This document shows, piece after piece, positions 1 to 12,872 of a DNA stretch of 64,000 bases. A program made the translations under genes and the position numbers. Source of the stretch: Haliotis rubra (Eukaryota); the NCBI RefSeq assembly GCF_003918875.1, contig NW_025764891.1:8742001-8806000 (forward strand). The letters are read 5' to 3'. Below the pieces are notes generated by a model. The model ran no database searches. It saw nothing but the letters and a program-made list of their open reading frames with translations, and was not told where the DNA came from. How positions within the stretch are numbered: position 1 is the stretch's first letter; every line of letters begins with the position of its first letter.

Positions 1-644
1 TGATCATTTGTTAAACAACTTTTATCCTAAGCTGAATATAATTATGAGATTTAAATGTTCAATAGGCAAGGTAAATTTATGGGGATTTGCAATCTTCAGT
101 TTCACTTTTATTTGATTTACATTTTTTTAAGTGATATTCATCGGTATCGTTTTCACTACTAAACAGACTATAAGCAGTCGATTGCACGGGCTTGCACGAT
201 TTCACAAGATTTTAAAACCAGTTCGGCGCGAGAATGATTTCAAGTAGACCCAAATATCGCGCGCAATATTACTGATAATTGACATTTGTATGGACAGACC
301 AATGCGCATGCGTTCTCTGACTTCGCATGTGGCATAGAAAATATTTGGAAGATCACACGCTCTGGTCGGCCATGGATTCTGAAGAGTGGACAGAGGATTT
401 TCTTCTCAAATTGACAGTTCGTTGGCGTTACATTTTTCGACCTGGATGATAAGGAAGATTTTAAGTTAACGACTGATCAAGACAACCGCCGTTTTGGTGA
501 GCTTGTCAATGAAAATGAATTACTACAATTTGTGAAAACTGTAGTGCATCATTGATACACCTACACTTTTGACAGGTGTACGGTCAATACACCTACACTT
601 TTAACAAAGGAAACAATGACAACGAGACCGGAAGTGGGGGTATA

Positions 645-812
645 ACAACCAATACACATCTGGTGGTCAGGGAAAAGTGTAGGTGTATCGACCAATACAC
701 CTGTTGTTGTCAGGGAAGAGTGTAGGTGTATCGACCAATACCCCTGTTGTTGTCAGGGAAGAGTGTAGGTGTATCGACCAATACACCTGTTGTTGTCAGG
801 AAGAGTGTCAGT
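645..812. repeat. 43-bp tandem repeat (about 4 copies)
   Basis: tcgaccaata recurs at 688, 731, 774. Confidence 0.85.
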
Positions 813-1399
813 GTATCAGTGATCAGTGATACACCTATGTTCTGTATCAGTGATCAGTGATACACCTACAGCGATATGTTATCAGTGATATAACAACACA
901 ACCTATAAGGTATACGGAATATGCTGGAAACCAGTATATACAACACATTTATCATTGTTATATAAATGGATATTTAAAACTAGTTTCATTCAAGACGTGG
1001 TTATTTATGGATTTCAACTTCTTTATTTGTTCAATGGAAGTTTCTGTAAAGATGCTAGTTCCTTTGTAACTTGTTCAAGCATCTGTTCCAAAATGTATCC
1101 CCAAAATGATATAAAAAGGTTAAATTCCATAATTCAAACCTGTCACCAGCAGATTAATGGTGTCAAACTTCAAACCAAGCATATGGGATACATGGAGTGG
1201 AAATTTTCCATTTTTCCATACGCCCTAAAATGACTTTCAGGGAAAGGTCACAGTGTTGAGTGAGGTCGAATTATAACTTTGAACCATATATATGTCAGTT
1301 GAACAACCCTTCAGGATATGCCTAAATGTGACTTGTAATAGTAGAGAGCTCTTAAGTCACTGGTAATATATAGAGTAGAAGACGGGATGATTTGTGTCG

Positions 1400-1538
1400 A
1401 TAATACTGGAGCAGACCTGGCTAGCTATTCTCGAAACGTTCGTAGCCCTACGAACTTCTTATGCCCATTCTTAACACATTGGCTACGATCAAAGTTATGA
1501 ATTCTTAGGGCTATGGACGTTTCGAGAATAAGGGCCTG
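1400..1538. mobile_element. Short hairpin MITE, same general class as 23341-23661 (relatives at about 39757-39865 and 44926-45036)
   Basis: tattctcgaaacgttcgtagcccta ... tagggctatggacgtttcgagaata inverted arms, with cctgg on both sides. Confidence 0.65.
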
Positions 1539-1932
1539 GAGATTACCACACAGGCAGGTTTTCACTAGTGTATAAGTGTTATATTCACAGCTTTGAAGGT
1601 AGAATATAGTAAATACTATTTTCAAGGCAGCTTATTCTTATTATTGGGATCATGATTGTTGGCTCTAAAATTTGGAAAAGTAAGAAAGTACATTATTTGT
1701 TTTGGTTTCTTCTGAAAGTCCTTGTGTTAAATGGTGCACCTGGTTCACAGTGCAGTGCTTGCTGTCATTGTGAGAACTAACCTTCAGAGGGGTTCAGGAC
1801 TGATATTATTTCCATTTTTTAAATGTCTGACACTGGGATGCAGATTGATCCTGCAGCTGGAAAAGGTGACTTGCATGTTGACTTTGTTCTTGATTACAAG
1901 GGAAATCTGATGACTAGGAGGTCCATGGTTGG

Positions 1933-3170
1933 GTATGATGATTCTGATGGGCAATAGGGCAGGTTTTGGTCTTGGTTTAAAGGTCTTGAGGGTCTTGTTA
2001 AACTCAAACACAACAGGGGTACCTTGTATGATGATTCTGATGGGCAATAGGGCAGGTTTTGGTCTTGGTTTAAAGGTCTTGAGGGTCTTGTTAAACTCAA
2101 ACACAACAGGGGTACCTTGTATGATGCTTCTGATGGGCAATAGGGCAGGTTTTGGTCTTGGTTTAAAGGTCTTGAGGGTCTTGTTAAACTCAAACACAAC
2201 AGGGGTACCTTGTATGATGATTCTGATAGGCAATAGGGCAGGTTTTGGTCTTGGTTTAAAGGTCTTGAGGGTCTTGTTAAACTCAACACAACAGGGGTAC
2301 CTTGTATGATGATTCTGATAGGCAATAGGGCAGGTTTTGGTCTTGGTTTTAAAAGGTCTTGAGGGTCTTGTTAAACTCAAACACAACAGGGGTACCTTGT
2401 ATGATGCTTCTGATGGGCAATAGGGCAGGTTTTGGTCTTGGTTTAAAGGTCTTGAGGGTCTTGTTAAACTCAAACACAACAGGGGTACCTTGTATGATGC
2501 TTCTGATGGGCAATAGGGCAGGTTTGGTCTTGGTTTAAAGGTCTTGAGGGTCTTGTTAAACTCAAACACAACAGGGGTACCTTGTATGATGATTCTGATA
2601 GGCAATAGGGCAGGTTTTGGTCTTGGTTTAAAGGTCTTGAGGGTCTTGTTAAACTCAAAACACAACAGGGTACCTTGTATGATGATTCTGATGGGCAATA
2701 GGGCAGGTTTGGTCTTGGTTTAAAGGTCTTGAGGGTCTTGTTAAACTCAAACACAACAGGGGTACCTTGATTCTGATATGATGCTTCTGATGGGCAATAG
2801 GGCAGGGTTTGTTTGGTCTTGGTTTAAAGGTCTTGAGGGTCTTGTTAAACTCAAACACAACAGGGGTACCTTGTATGATGATTCTGATAGGCAATAGGGC
2901 AGGTTTTGGTCTTGGTTTAAAGGTCTTGAGGGTCTTGTTAAACTCAAACACAACAGGGGTACCTTGTATGATGATTCTGATAGGCAATAGGGCAGGTTTT
3001 GGTCTTGGTTTAAAGGTCTTGTGGGTCTTGTTAAACTCAAACACAACAGGGGTACCTTGTATGATGATTCTGATAGGCAATAGGGCAGGTTTTGGTCTTG
3101 GTTTAAAGGTCTTGAGGGTCTTGTTAAACTCAAACACAACAGGGGTACCTTGTATGATGATTTTGATTGG
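1933..3170. repeat. 93-bp minisatellite (about 13 copies)
   Basis: Unit gtatgatgattctgatgggcaatagggcaggttttggtcttggtttaaaggtcttgagggtcttgttaaactcaaacacaacaggggtacctt; 31-aa periodicity in the ORF track. Confidence 0.97.
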
Positions 3171-3469
3171 CAGTTGGCCAGGAATCTAAAGGCTTGGACA
3201 TCTCAAGGGTTTTGTTGAACTCAAAACATCCCACCTGTTAAATGAAAATGAGTTTTGTTTGATGATGACAGTAATGGAAGCATAGCACAGTGTCTCAGGT
3301 GTGGTGCTGACTAAAGATCATAGTTTAGATGAATCAGTTTATACCATTACCTGTGGATGTACTTAATTTTGTCCCCTTGTATGTGTGTCTCCTCCTCATC
3401 TACATGTTCAATTGTGTTTTTGTTTCCTTCTCTGCCTATGTCCATCTTGTTTTACTTGATGCAATACAA

Positions 3470-3639
3470 GAAGCGGTGGGGTAGCCTAGTGGTCAAAGCA
3501 TTCGCTCATCATGACAAAGGCATGGGTTCGATTCCCCACATGGGTACAATGTGTGAAGCCCATTTCTGGTGTCCCGCACCATGATATTGCTGGAATGTTG
3601 CTAAAAGCGGTGTAAAACCCAACTCACTTACTCACTCAC
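3470..3639 (+). mobile_element. tRNA-derived SINE family A (about 165 bp)
   Basis: A box tagcctagtgg, B box ggttcgattcc, (actc)n tail, TSD tgatgcaatacaa. Confidence 0.9.
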
Positions 3640-5494
3640 TGATGCAATACAACCCTACACCCATTCTACATGTAAATCAATGACAATCTATGTATAATAA
3701 CATGAAATTAAATTAACAAAAAATATAATGTGTCCTGCAAAAAAAGTTTGATCAATTTTAATCTTAAAATGAATGTATTATGGCTTGAAGAAATCTTTTC
3801 TTATAACAAAAGACAATTTAAAAGAATTTCTGCATTTATAGCATACCATTGATTTCCTAAGTCATAAACACATTAACACGTTAGCACATTGACACATTAA
3901 CATGGAAGTATGTATACAAGTCATGAAATGGGCAGTTGAAGTAGATCGTTTGTTCTGTAAGAGATGCCAATGGCCAGGCTGTCTTGTATCTGTGTGTGAC
4001 GATGAGGTGGGTCGATTTACAACACGGCACAGAGTTCTGTCATTCAGGGACAGTATATCTGTCAACTCGCCTTTACTTCACCCTCATTGTTTTCTACAAA
4101 ATAAACGTGACTGTCAGATGACATACCAAGACTATTTTTACTGTATTGTCTGACAAGGATACTGCTACAAGGCTTCTCTGATTAAGAAAGGACAGTGTTT
4201 GTGAGAAAGCCATGGGAAATAGACAATGACGGATGAGTGAGATTTCAGTGTTGTTGAACAAGGTAACACAATTACACTTACAATGAACAGGTAGGTAACT
4301 GTTACATATTTCTTTTCAATTTGTGTCCATGCTCACAGATGTATGTCCTGCGTTTATGTCGGCAGCAGAACAAAATGTGTTGACATTCTTGATGCTGTTG
4401 AATTCATCTGAATATCATCACAGAAATGGACTTTTTGTTGAGCATGTGGGTGATTATTTGAATGGTTGTCCAGAATTGGACACGGGCTCATGTTTCAAGT
4501 GTTTGAGACAAGCCTCTACCTTATTCAATATCTGTTTGTAATGGATGTTAAAGTGTTTACAAGAATGTAATAGTTCTTCAGTCTGGAATTTAACGAGGAA
4601 CTTGTATCTGAAGCACTTGTATTAAACATTGTACATTCTTTACATACTTGTATTCAGACTTGAAGGTTAAACTGAAAGCATGTTTTGCAAGGTAAGATAA
4701 ATAATTTCTTTTGATAACATTGATGACGTCATCTGTAGCTTCATCTAGGAAAAAGCAGTCTTGAAGAATTATAATAAAGCCTTGTTAGATTGGATAGTGT
4801 TGATGGAGTGCTCAAAATTAATTACAGTTACTGAATTAAGTTTTGATTTGCTTGCATAAAAATAAAATAATAAAGAGTAAAAAATGGTCATGAACAGTCA
4901 ATTATGATGTTAAAAATGAAATAAATTATATATTGTTGAAAATGAAATAAATTATATATTGTTGAAAATGAAATAAATCATATATCATTGAAAATGCAAT
5001 TGTCATATGATTTTGCATCATATCGGCATAACAGGCTGGATATGTATCACTTTAACAACAGGTAGATATATGTGCATGTAGTAGTAAGCTTCCTGCACTT
5101 GAGCAGTTTAAACAAACCTGTAATGTTTAACATTTGTTCGTTTCAAGCCTGTAGGCCTATGATATAATTTACTGTTGGTAAATACCAATGTGGGGAAATC
5201 TCCCTTCAGTTGTAATAATCGGAGCGATATGCAACACGTGTTGTGACCCTAATGTTCATCAACAAGTAAACATTCAACAACAAACATCACACAATTGTGC
5301 TATATATTAAACATATAAACAAGTTATTCTATGCCATGATAGTTAGCTATAGTAATAAGATGGATTGAGGTGATCCTTAAGTTGTATTTGAGTAGTATAC
5401 CTAAAAAATGTTAATCTCCACATTCACTTAAATGTACCTAAGCTGATCAGAATATAATCTATTAATCAACAATCAAAAGGGATTGGTTTGATTA

Positions 5495-5745
5495 NNNNNN
5501 NNNNNNNNNNNNNNNNNNNNNNNNNNNNNNNNNNNNNNNNNNNNNNNNNNNNNNNNNNNNNNNNNNNNNNNNNNNNNNNNNNNNNNNNNNNNNNNNNNNN
5601 NNNNNNNNNNNNNNNNNNNNNNNNNNNNNNNNNNNNNNNNNNNNNNNNNNNNNNNNNNNNNNNNNNNNNNNNNNNNNNNNNNNNNNNNNNNNNNNNNNNN
5701 NNNNNNNNNNNNNNNNNNNNNNNNNNNNNNNNNNNNNNNNNNNNN
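5495..5745. other. Assembly gap
   Basis: Run of N. Confidence 1.
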
Positions 5746-6647
5746 ATTTCTATGAGCTGCAGTGCTTATTGTTTTTGGAAGTCCCTAACTTTTCAAGCTA
5801 GAAATTTACTGTTTTTAATAAAGTATTGAAATTGCTTTAGCTGACGTTTATATGTTTTAACATAAAACTGTGAGATCTTCATTTTGTTCAGTGCTGATAA
5901 ACCAAGGGTAAGATTTCTGTGGAATGTTCTATTCTTTAGTCATCGTAACCCAACTTAGGTGCAACATAGCAATGAAGACATTCACATGCCACATTGCATA
6001 GCACAATAGCTTGTGAAGTAGCGTTTATGAGAACCATGATGCATTGCCAAGGATAACTGATCTGTCACAATGTGTGAAAAAGTGTTTATGAACCCACCAG
6101 CACTAGAAACATGCAACAATTATTTAAGATATCCGGTTCCTTCATACAATCCGAATTATTGTGGTTTTATAATTTTGTGAAAATAAATATTGACAACCTT
6201 AAAATATATATTTTGGGGATCATTTCAAAATACGAATTCTTTAGAAACCAATCTCGACTCCTTTATGTTTGTAGACTAACATGTGTAGCAACCAGTTTTA
6301 AACATGTTCACCTTGACATTTTGATAAATTACTTGTCATAACTTTCTTTTTATTGTCTTTGAAGGTTTAGATTATATTTTCTTTGAAACTATTTGTACAG
6401 AAGTAAATGTCAACTGACTTGACAGCTTGTAGACACTTTTAAGGAGGTGTTGAGACACAGGATAAAACAGTGTTAAAGACCGTAACGCTCACAGATATAT
6501 TACCTTTCTTATTTAACATTCATAGGTGTCATTCAACTTTGTACCGTTGGGCCATCAGGAATATCATAAAGTCATAGGCCTAGTTGTTGGCTGAACTGTC
6601 TTTAGTATACACAGGAGATGGCAGATGCTCAGAGTTCGTGTGAAATT

Positions 6648-7785
6648 GACACCTGGATTTGACCTTGTTGTATAGGTAAGTCTCACCTGGATTATATCTG
6701 CTGTACTGGTATGTCTCATCTGGATCTGACCCTGCTGTATAGGTATATCTCACCTAGATTTGACCTTGTTGTATAGGTATGTCTCACCTAGATTTGACCT
6801 TGTTGTATAGGTATGTCTCACCTGGATCTGACCTTGTTGTATAGGGAAGTCTCACCTGGATCTCACCTAGATCTGACCTTATTGTGTAGGTATATCTCAC
6901 TTGGATCTGACCTTGCTGTAGAGATATGTCTCACCTCTATCTAACCCTGCTGTAATGGTATGTCTCACCTGGATCTCATCCTGCTGTAATGGTATGTCTC
7001 ACTTGGATGTTACCCTGCTATATAGGCATGTCTCACCTGGATCTGACCTTGTTGTATAGGTATGTCTCACCTGGATCTCACCTGCTGTAATGGTATGTCT
7101 CACCTGGATCTCATCCCTGCTGTAATGGTATGTCACACCTGGATCTTACCTTGTTGTATAGGTATATCTCACCTGGATCTCATCCTGCTGTAATGGTATA
7201 TCTAACCTGGATCTTACCTTGTTGTATAGGTATATCTCACCTGGATCTCATGCTGCTGTAATGGTATGTCACACCTGGATCTTACCTTGTTGTATAGGTA
7301 TATCTCACCTGGATCTTACCTTGTTGTATAGGTATATCTCACCTGGATCTCATCCTGCTGTAATGGTATGTCACACCTGGATCTTACCTTGCTGTATAGG
7401 TATATCTCACTTGGATCTGACACTGCTGTATAGGTATGTCACACCTGGATCTGACCTTGTTGTATAGGTATGTCTCACCTGGATCTTACCTTGCTGTATA
7501 GGTATATCTCACTTGGATCTGACACTGCTGTATAGGTATGTCACACCTGGATCTGACCTTGTTGTATAGGTATGTCTCACCTGGATCTAACCCTGCTGTA
7601 TAGGTATGTCACACCTGGATCTTACCTTGTTGTGTAGGTATATCTCAGTTGGATCTGACCCTGCTGTGTAGGTATGTCTCATCTGGATCTAACCCTGCTG
7701 TATTGGTATGTCTCACCTGGATCTAACCCTGCTGTAGAGATATGTCTCATCCGGATAAAAAACTGCTGTAATGGTATGTCTCACA
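6648..7785. repeat. 34-bp minisatellite (about 33 copies)
   Basis: Unit cacctggatctgaccttgttgtataggtatgtct, with a second variant catcctgctgtaatggtatg. Confidence 0.95.
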
Positions 7786-8008
7786 GCATATGGCATAACG
7801 GTTAAATAGTAGGGGAACATTTCATGAATGGATCAGTGAAAAAAGGTTGCAGCAGGTGAAAAGGGTAAGCATGTTCCGTTATGTCAGTTAACAAAGTTGT
7901 CAGTGATATTTTAAAGAAAGAAACAAAGTGGGATCATTGTGATTTTTCAAGTCACTGTCTTTCACCAAAGATTGTTGGATAGCGTAGTGGTAAAAGTATT
8001 CACTCGTC

Positions 8009-9573
8009 GGCCAAACTCTCTCTCTTTCTCCCCAGGCTTAATCTTCCCGGGGAAAATTTGTCCTAGGCCAAACTTTTCCCAGCCTTGAATCAACTTTAAA
8101 GGCTACTTGTTTCCCATCCTTGTTCTTATATCAAAAGGGGGAGATTCTGGCCTAGCTAGGTTATTTCTTCCCCAACTTTGTTTTCATGTTTATGTTCGTC
8201 TTGAAAAAGTCAGAAACAAAAACAAGACATAGCTATTCATGTGAACACATTGATAAGATATTCATGTTGATGTTAAGTTCCATTAACAATTTACAGGTCA
8301 TCTTCATCTTCATATATAACATGTACATGGTTCCCATTTCATTTCAATACCCTTCTATAAGGTGAGATTAAAAAGAAAAGCAAGCATAAAAGCAAAGATA
8401 TTATATCATTACTATTGTTTTATATATCATTACTATTGTTTTATATTATCATTTACTTATTTTTATTTTTCAATAATTTACTTATCCCCACTTATTCAAA
8501 ATTGGCTTCTGTCAAAATCGTTACTATATTCAAAACTTTAACTAAATACCCAGTTTTTACTTGGATGTCCATATCCATTCAAAATTTTATTCCCTCACTC
8601 ATGGCTTTAAATATGGCATCCATGCCGGCGACATCAACTTAACAGTTGGAAGCAGATGTAAACATCAACACAACAACAACAACCCAACACAATATCTATA
8701 TCAAAAGCTGTATCATCTATCATTCCACTATATTGCCTTATTCTATATTCAAAAGACAAGGTTTGATAAGGTGTATACTTGGCCCATGGATATCTGAATC
8801 ATATTTCATTCACCCAAAGTGATTATGGATTAGTAAACAAGCTTACTTGAATAATGTTCCATTACATTTATACATAAATACAACAAATATTAGATAATAA
8901 ACAGCATGATAAGAGAGCAAGCAACCTGTGTATATTACATGTTATTTACCCATCAAATGTGCGATTGAATGTTTACATCTTATGGTGGACAGCCCAGCTA
9001 GGCATGAATCTCCCCCTTTTGATATAAGAGCAAGGGTGGGGAAGAAGTAGCCTAGCTAGGCCAGAATCTCCCCCTTTTGATATAAGAGCAAGGGTGGGGA
9101 AGAAGTATGCCTAAGCTAGCCAGAATCTCCCTTTTGATATAACAAGGGCAAGTCAGAGGCAAAAATGGAAGTAGCCTTGCTAGGCCAGAATGTACCTAGG
9201 CCTTTGATATAAGAGCAAGGGTGGGGAAGAAGTACCTAGCTAGGCCAGAATCTCCCCCTTTTGATATAAGAGCAAGGGTGGGGAAGAAGTAGCCTAGCTA
9301 GGCCAGAATCTCCCCCTTTTGATATAAGAGCAAGGGTGGGGAAGAAGTAGCCTAGCTAGGCCAGAATCTCCCCACTTTTCATAGAAAACAGAACAAAATA
9401 TCCTAGTTTAAACAGGGGGGAAAGTTTGGCCTAGGGGGGGGACTTTAGCCTAGCCCAAACTTTCCCTGGGGTAAGAATATCCTAGGACAAAACCTCCCCG
9501 GGGAAAGTTTGGCCTAAGTCAGATTCTCCCTGGGGAAAGTTTTAGACCTGGGAAGAAATGGCCTGCTACACCG
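8009..9573. mobile_element. Foldback-type non-autonomous DNA transposon with modular subterminal inverted repeats, inserted in a SINE
   Basis: Left arm (cctaggccaaacttttccc; ggctacttgtttcccatccttgttcttatatcaaaagggggagattctggcctagctagg) is the reverse complement of right-arm modules. Right end ggcctgctacaccgg. SINE halves flank it. Confidence 0.75.
8995..9378. repeat. 58-bp tandem repeat (about 6.5 copies) in the right arm of the foldback element
   Basis: gatataagagcaagggtggggaagaagtagcctagctaggccagaatctcccccttt recurs at 58-bp spacing (9021/9079; 9263/9321). Confidence 0.9.
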
Positions 9574-9920
9574 GGTTCGATTCCCCACATTGTGAAGCCC
9601 ATTTCATGATATTGCTGGAATAGTGCTAAAAGCAGCGTAAAACCATATCACTCAATCACGTGTTGTATTTTGACCTTTTCATGATTTTTCATTGTGAAAA
9701 TATATTATGTTTCGTTCTATATTTTGGCAAGTTTTTGTACACCCATTTGTTTTGACATTTAGATTTTAAAGAAATTAGATTGCTGAAGAGGCTTTTTGCT
9801 GTGTTATATTTAGTTTATTCAAATCTTTGACTACGGTTATTTGAGATGTGAATGTTTGCCCTGTCGTTATAAAGCTGGACAACAACTCCTAAACAGTAAT
9901 GACAGTTGATTTGTGGCATA

Positions 9921-10077
9921 CCGTATTTCCTCTAATAAGCACCCAGGTGCTTATTTTTTCAACGAACTTCCAGACCCGGCACTTATTAGGCTTACTGGGT
10001 GTAATTAATTATATCTTAAACCGCTGCTGTACCTCCAGCGTTTGTTACAGTCCCGGTGCTTATTAGAGGAAATATGG
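9921..10077. mobile_element. Tc1/mariner-pogo-type MITE
   Basis: TA|ccgtatttcctctaataagcacc ... ggtgcttattagaggaaatatgg|TA: 23-bp TIRs with TA duplication. Confidence 0.85.
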
Positions 10078-10343
10078 TACCTTTCTTTGGTGGATAAATA
10101 CTCAGACGCAACTGTATCCATTCAGGAAAATTGGTCATGCATGTGTTTATTATAATGAAATCACATAAAAAGTGTAGTTTTCTGTGAAAGTAATATTGTT
10201 AAACTCTTTAAGGTCTGGGGATTAAAAGGAGCCAGAGCTTCAACATTATTTCTGTGCCTAGAACTATCATGTGAAGAACTATGCTTTTGAAGTGGCTTTC
10301 TTTCCATTATCACTTGATTATGTGTAAGTTCTTCAGTGTAATG

Positions 10344-11208
10344 AGGATCAGATAGGTTATGAGGGGCAAGGTGGGGTGGAGTAAAGAAAGCTTGGGAGAT
10401 CTGTTGGGAGGATCAGATAGGTTATGAGGGGCAAGGTGGGGTGGAGTAAAGAAAGCTTGGGAGATCTGTTGGGAGGATCAGATAGGTTATGAGGGGCAAG
10501 GTGGGGTGGAGTAAAGAAAGCTTGGGAGATCTGTTGGGAGGATCAGATAGGTTATGAGGGGCAAGGTGGGGTGGAGTAAGAAAGCTTGGGAGATCTGTTG
10601 AGAGGATCAGATAGGTTATGATGGGGCAAGGTGGGGTGGAGTAAAAAAGCTTGGGAGATCTGTTGGGAGGATCAGATAGGTTATGAGGGGCAAGGTGGGG
10701 TGGAGTAAAGAAAGCTTGGGAGATCTGTTGGGAGGATCAGATAGGTTATGAGGGGGCAAGGTGGGGTGGAGTAAAAGAAAGCTTGGGAGTTCTGTTGGGA
10801 GGATCAGATAGGTTATGAGGGGCAAGGTGGGGTGGAGTAAAAAGAAAGCTTGGGAGATCTGTTGGGAGGATCAGATAGGTTATGAGGGGCAAGGTGGGGT
10901 GGAGTAAAAAGCTTGGGAGATCTGTTGGGAGGATCAGATAGGTTATGAGGGGCAAGGTGGGGTGGAGTAAAAGTAAAAGCTTGGGAGTTCTGTTGAGAGG
11001 ATCAGATAGGTTATGAGGGGCAAGGTGGGGTGGAGTAAAAAGAAAAAAAAGCTTGGGAGATCTGTTGGGAGGATCAGATAGGTTATGAGGGGCAAGGTGG
11101 GGTGGAGTAAAGAAAGCTTGGGAGATCTGTTGGGAGGATCAGATAGGTTATGAGGGGCAAGGTGGGGTGGAGTAAAGAAAGCTTGGGAGTTCTGTTGAGA
11201 GGATCAGG
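10344..11208. repeat. 65-bp purine/G-rich minisatellite (about 13 copies)
   Basis: Unit gatcagataggttatgaggggcaaggtggggtggagtaaagaaagcttgggagatctgttgggag; spacing 10346 to 10411. Confidence 0.97.
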
Positions 11209-11304
11209 TAGTGGTGTTGTTTCTGCTGGGACACAGACATGGACGGTGTCAGGCCAAGGATGGGATTGGTGGTTAAGGTTGGTTGTCATTACTTGTATTA
11301 TTAT

Positions 11305-11810
11305 AGGATACTTATATAAGCGCACATATCCACGCAACTAGTGCATGCTCAAGGCGCTGGTATTTTTTTCCCTCTATCATTGGATGTTGATCTCAACGGC
11401 ACATCATATTATCAATCTCAACTCCCTGGGGGCGTATACAACTCCTGCAGCCACTAGGAGCACCAAGTTATTGTGGCTTTCTCATCCTAACGAGGTACCC
11501 ATTCACAGCTGGGTGGACTGGGACACATAGTCACAGTACTTTGTCCAAGTTCACTGCACATTGCTGTACCTGCAACTAGGTGTTTGCATGCATTCATGTG
11601 GGCACCATCTGGTCATATACCAATGGATTCGTGGGTTCTTTTAAGTGCACAGGGTTGTGTAATGTACACTAGGGGTTGTGACAACACTGAAAGAGTCTGC
11701 ACACAAAGTTGTCTCACAAGGCTTTACACCCAGTCACAGGTGGGCTCGACTCCGACACCTCAACCACGCTGGATCACTAGTCTGGTACCTGGCTCGCCCA
11801 CCCCGCCCCT
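11305..11810 (-). mobile_element. tRNA-derived SINE family C (about 500 bp)
   Basis: Highly similar to 48118-48623. Minus strand has a tRNA-like head, central conserved blocks and an ...gcgc(t)atataa(taa)n tail. Confidence 0.85.
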
Positions 11811-11873
11811 GTAGATTTGTAAACTTGTACTTTCTGTCTTAATGACAGACCCTAGATGTCAGTAGCCCATTTC

Positions 11874-12001
11874 NNNNNNNNNNNNNNNNNNNNNNNNNNN
11901 NNNNNNNNNNNNNNNNNNNNNNNNNNNNNNNNNNNNNNNNNNNNNNNNNNNNNNNNNNNNNNNNNNNNNNNNNNNNNNNNNNNNNNNNNNNNNNNNNNNN
12001 N
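11874..12001. other. Assembly gap, apparently inside a family A SINE
   Basis: Run of N flanked by agcccatttc and (ctca)n. Confidence 1.
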
Positions 12002-12872
12002 CTCACTCACTCACAGGCTTAAGATTGTCATAATGCTAAGATAGCTTTGTGCCTGTGGGCCCTGGTCAGGATGTTGATGCATAAGTAAACACCAAGATTT
12101 ATATATTACAGCATGCCAGTTTAACTGCATATTGATAGACATGATTCCATTTTTCAGTTCCTTTACTCAGGGTTACCCTGACATTTCATGACATCACACA
12201 ACAAGATTTCAATGCTTTCATGTTACAAATCAAAGAACTCAGTTTTCATTGCTGACATGTTATTCCCTGCTCATTTGATATAACACCCAATGTTTTATAA
12301 TTTAGCCAATCAATCTTGGTGTAACAGCATCATTTCAGTGATAGATTGACATCATGTTATTTGAGTGCTCCCATACATTTTAGTTCAAGTAGAATCCAAA
12401 TGGACCTCTGAACAATATCTGCAATGAGGCAATCCAGACTTACCTGGTCATTAAAAACCTGAGCTGGGTTTGTTTTTAATTTATTCTCTCAGACCCAGGG
12501 AGACAGACTACATAAGGACTGAATAAGAGCTCTTGCTCTGTTGTTGAAAAATTAGAAAATCGTTATTAAAGATTCATTGTCTCAGAAAATTAGATATATC
12601 TTGATATGAAGAATTGGAAATGAGATTTGATTTACTAAAAGAGAAATATTTAACATCACTTTTCCAAAATAGAAACAGTGTCTGTAGGTATTACGATATG
12701 ATCATATCCATCACATAAGCATGTTGTGCAGATGAACTCCATCAGTTTCAAGTACCTTTATCAATGTTCATATACTTTTAACCAAAGTACATGCTCTATT
12801 CCTGTGGAGACAAGGCAGTGTGTACAGTCATCCCTCGCCATAAAACATGTCTTGGGGTCCATGGATGACACG

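Noticed and set aside
1784-3189. Long overlapping ORFs (up to 304 aa) on both strands
   Set aside because: Products of the stop-poor 93-bp minisatellite; frames switch at unit indels and there is no domain or splice support.
4349-4691. Possible non-coding exon ending gcaag|gtaaga
   Set aside because: Only splice-like motifs; no coding signal or other support.
5488-5829. ORFs spanning N runs (also 11856-12044)
   Set aside because: Artefacts of assembly gaps.
1933-11208. Regularly spaced repeats as a CRISPR array
   Set aside because: Units are contiguous with no unique spacers, there are no cas genes, and the context is eukaryotic.
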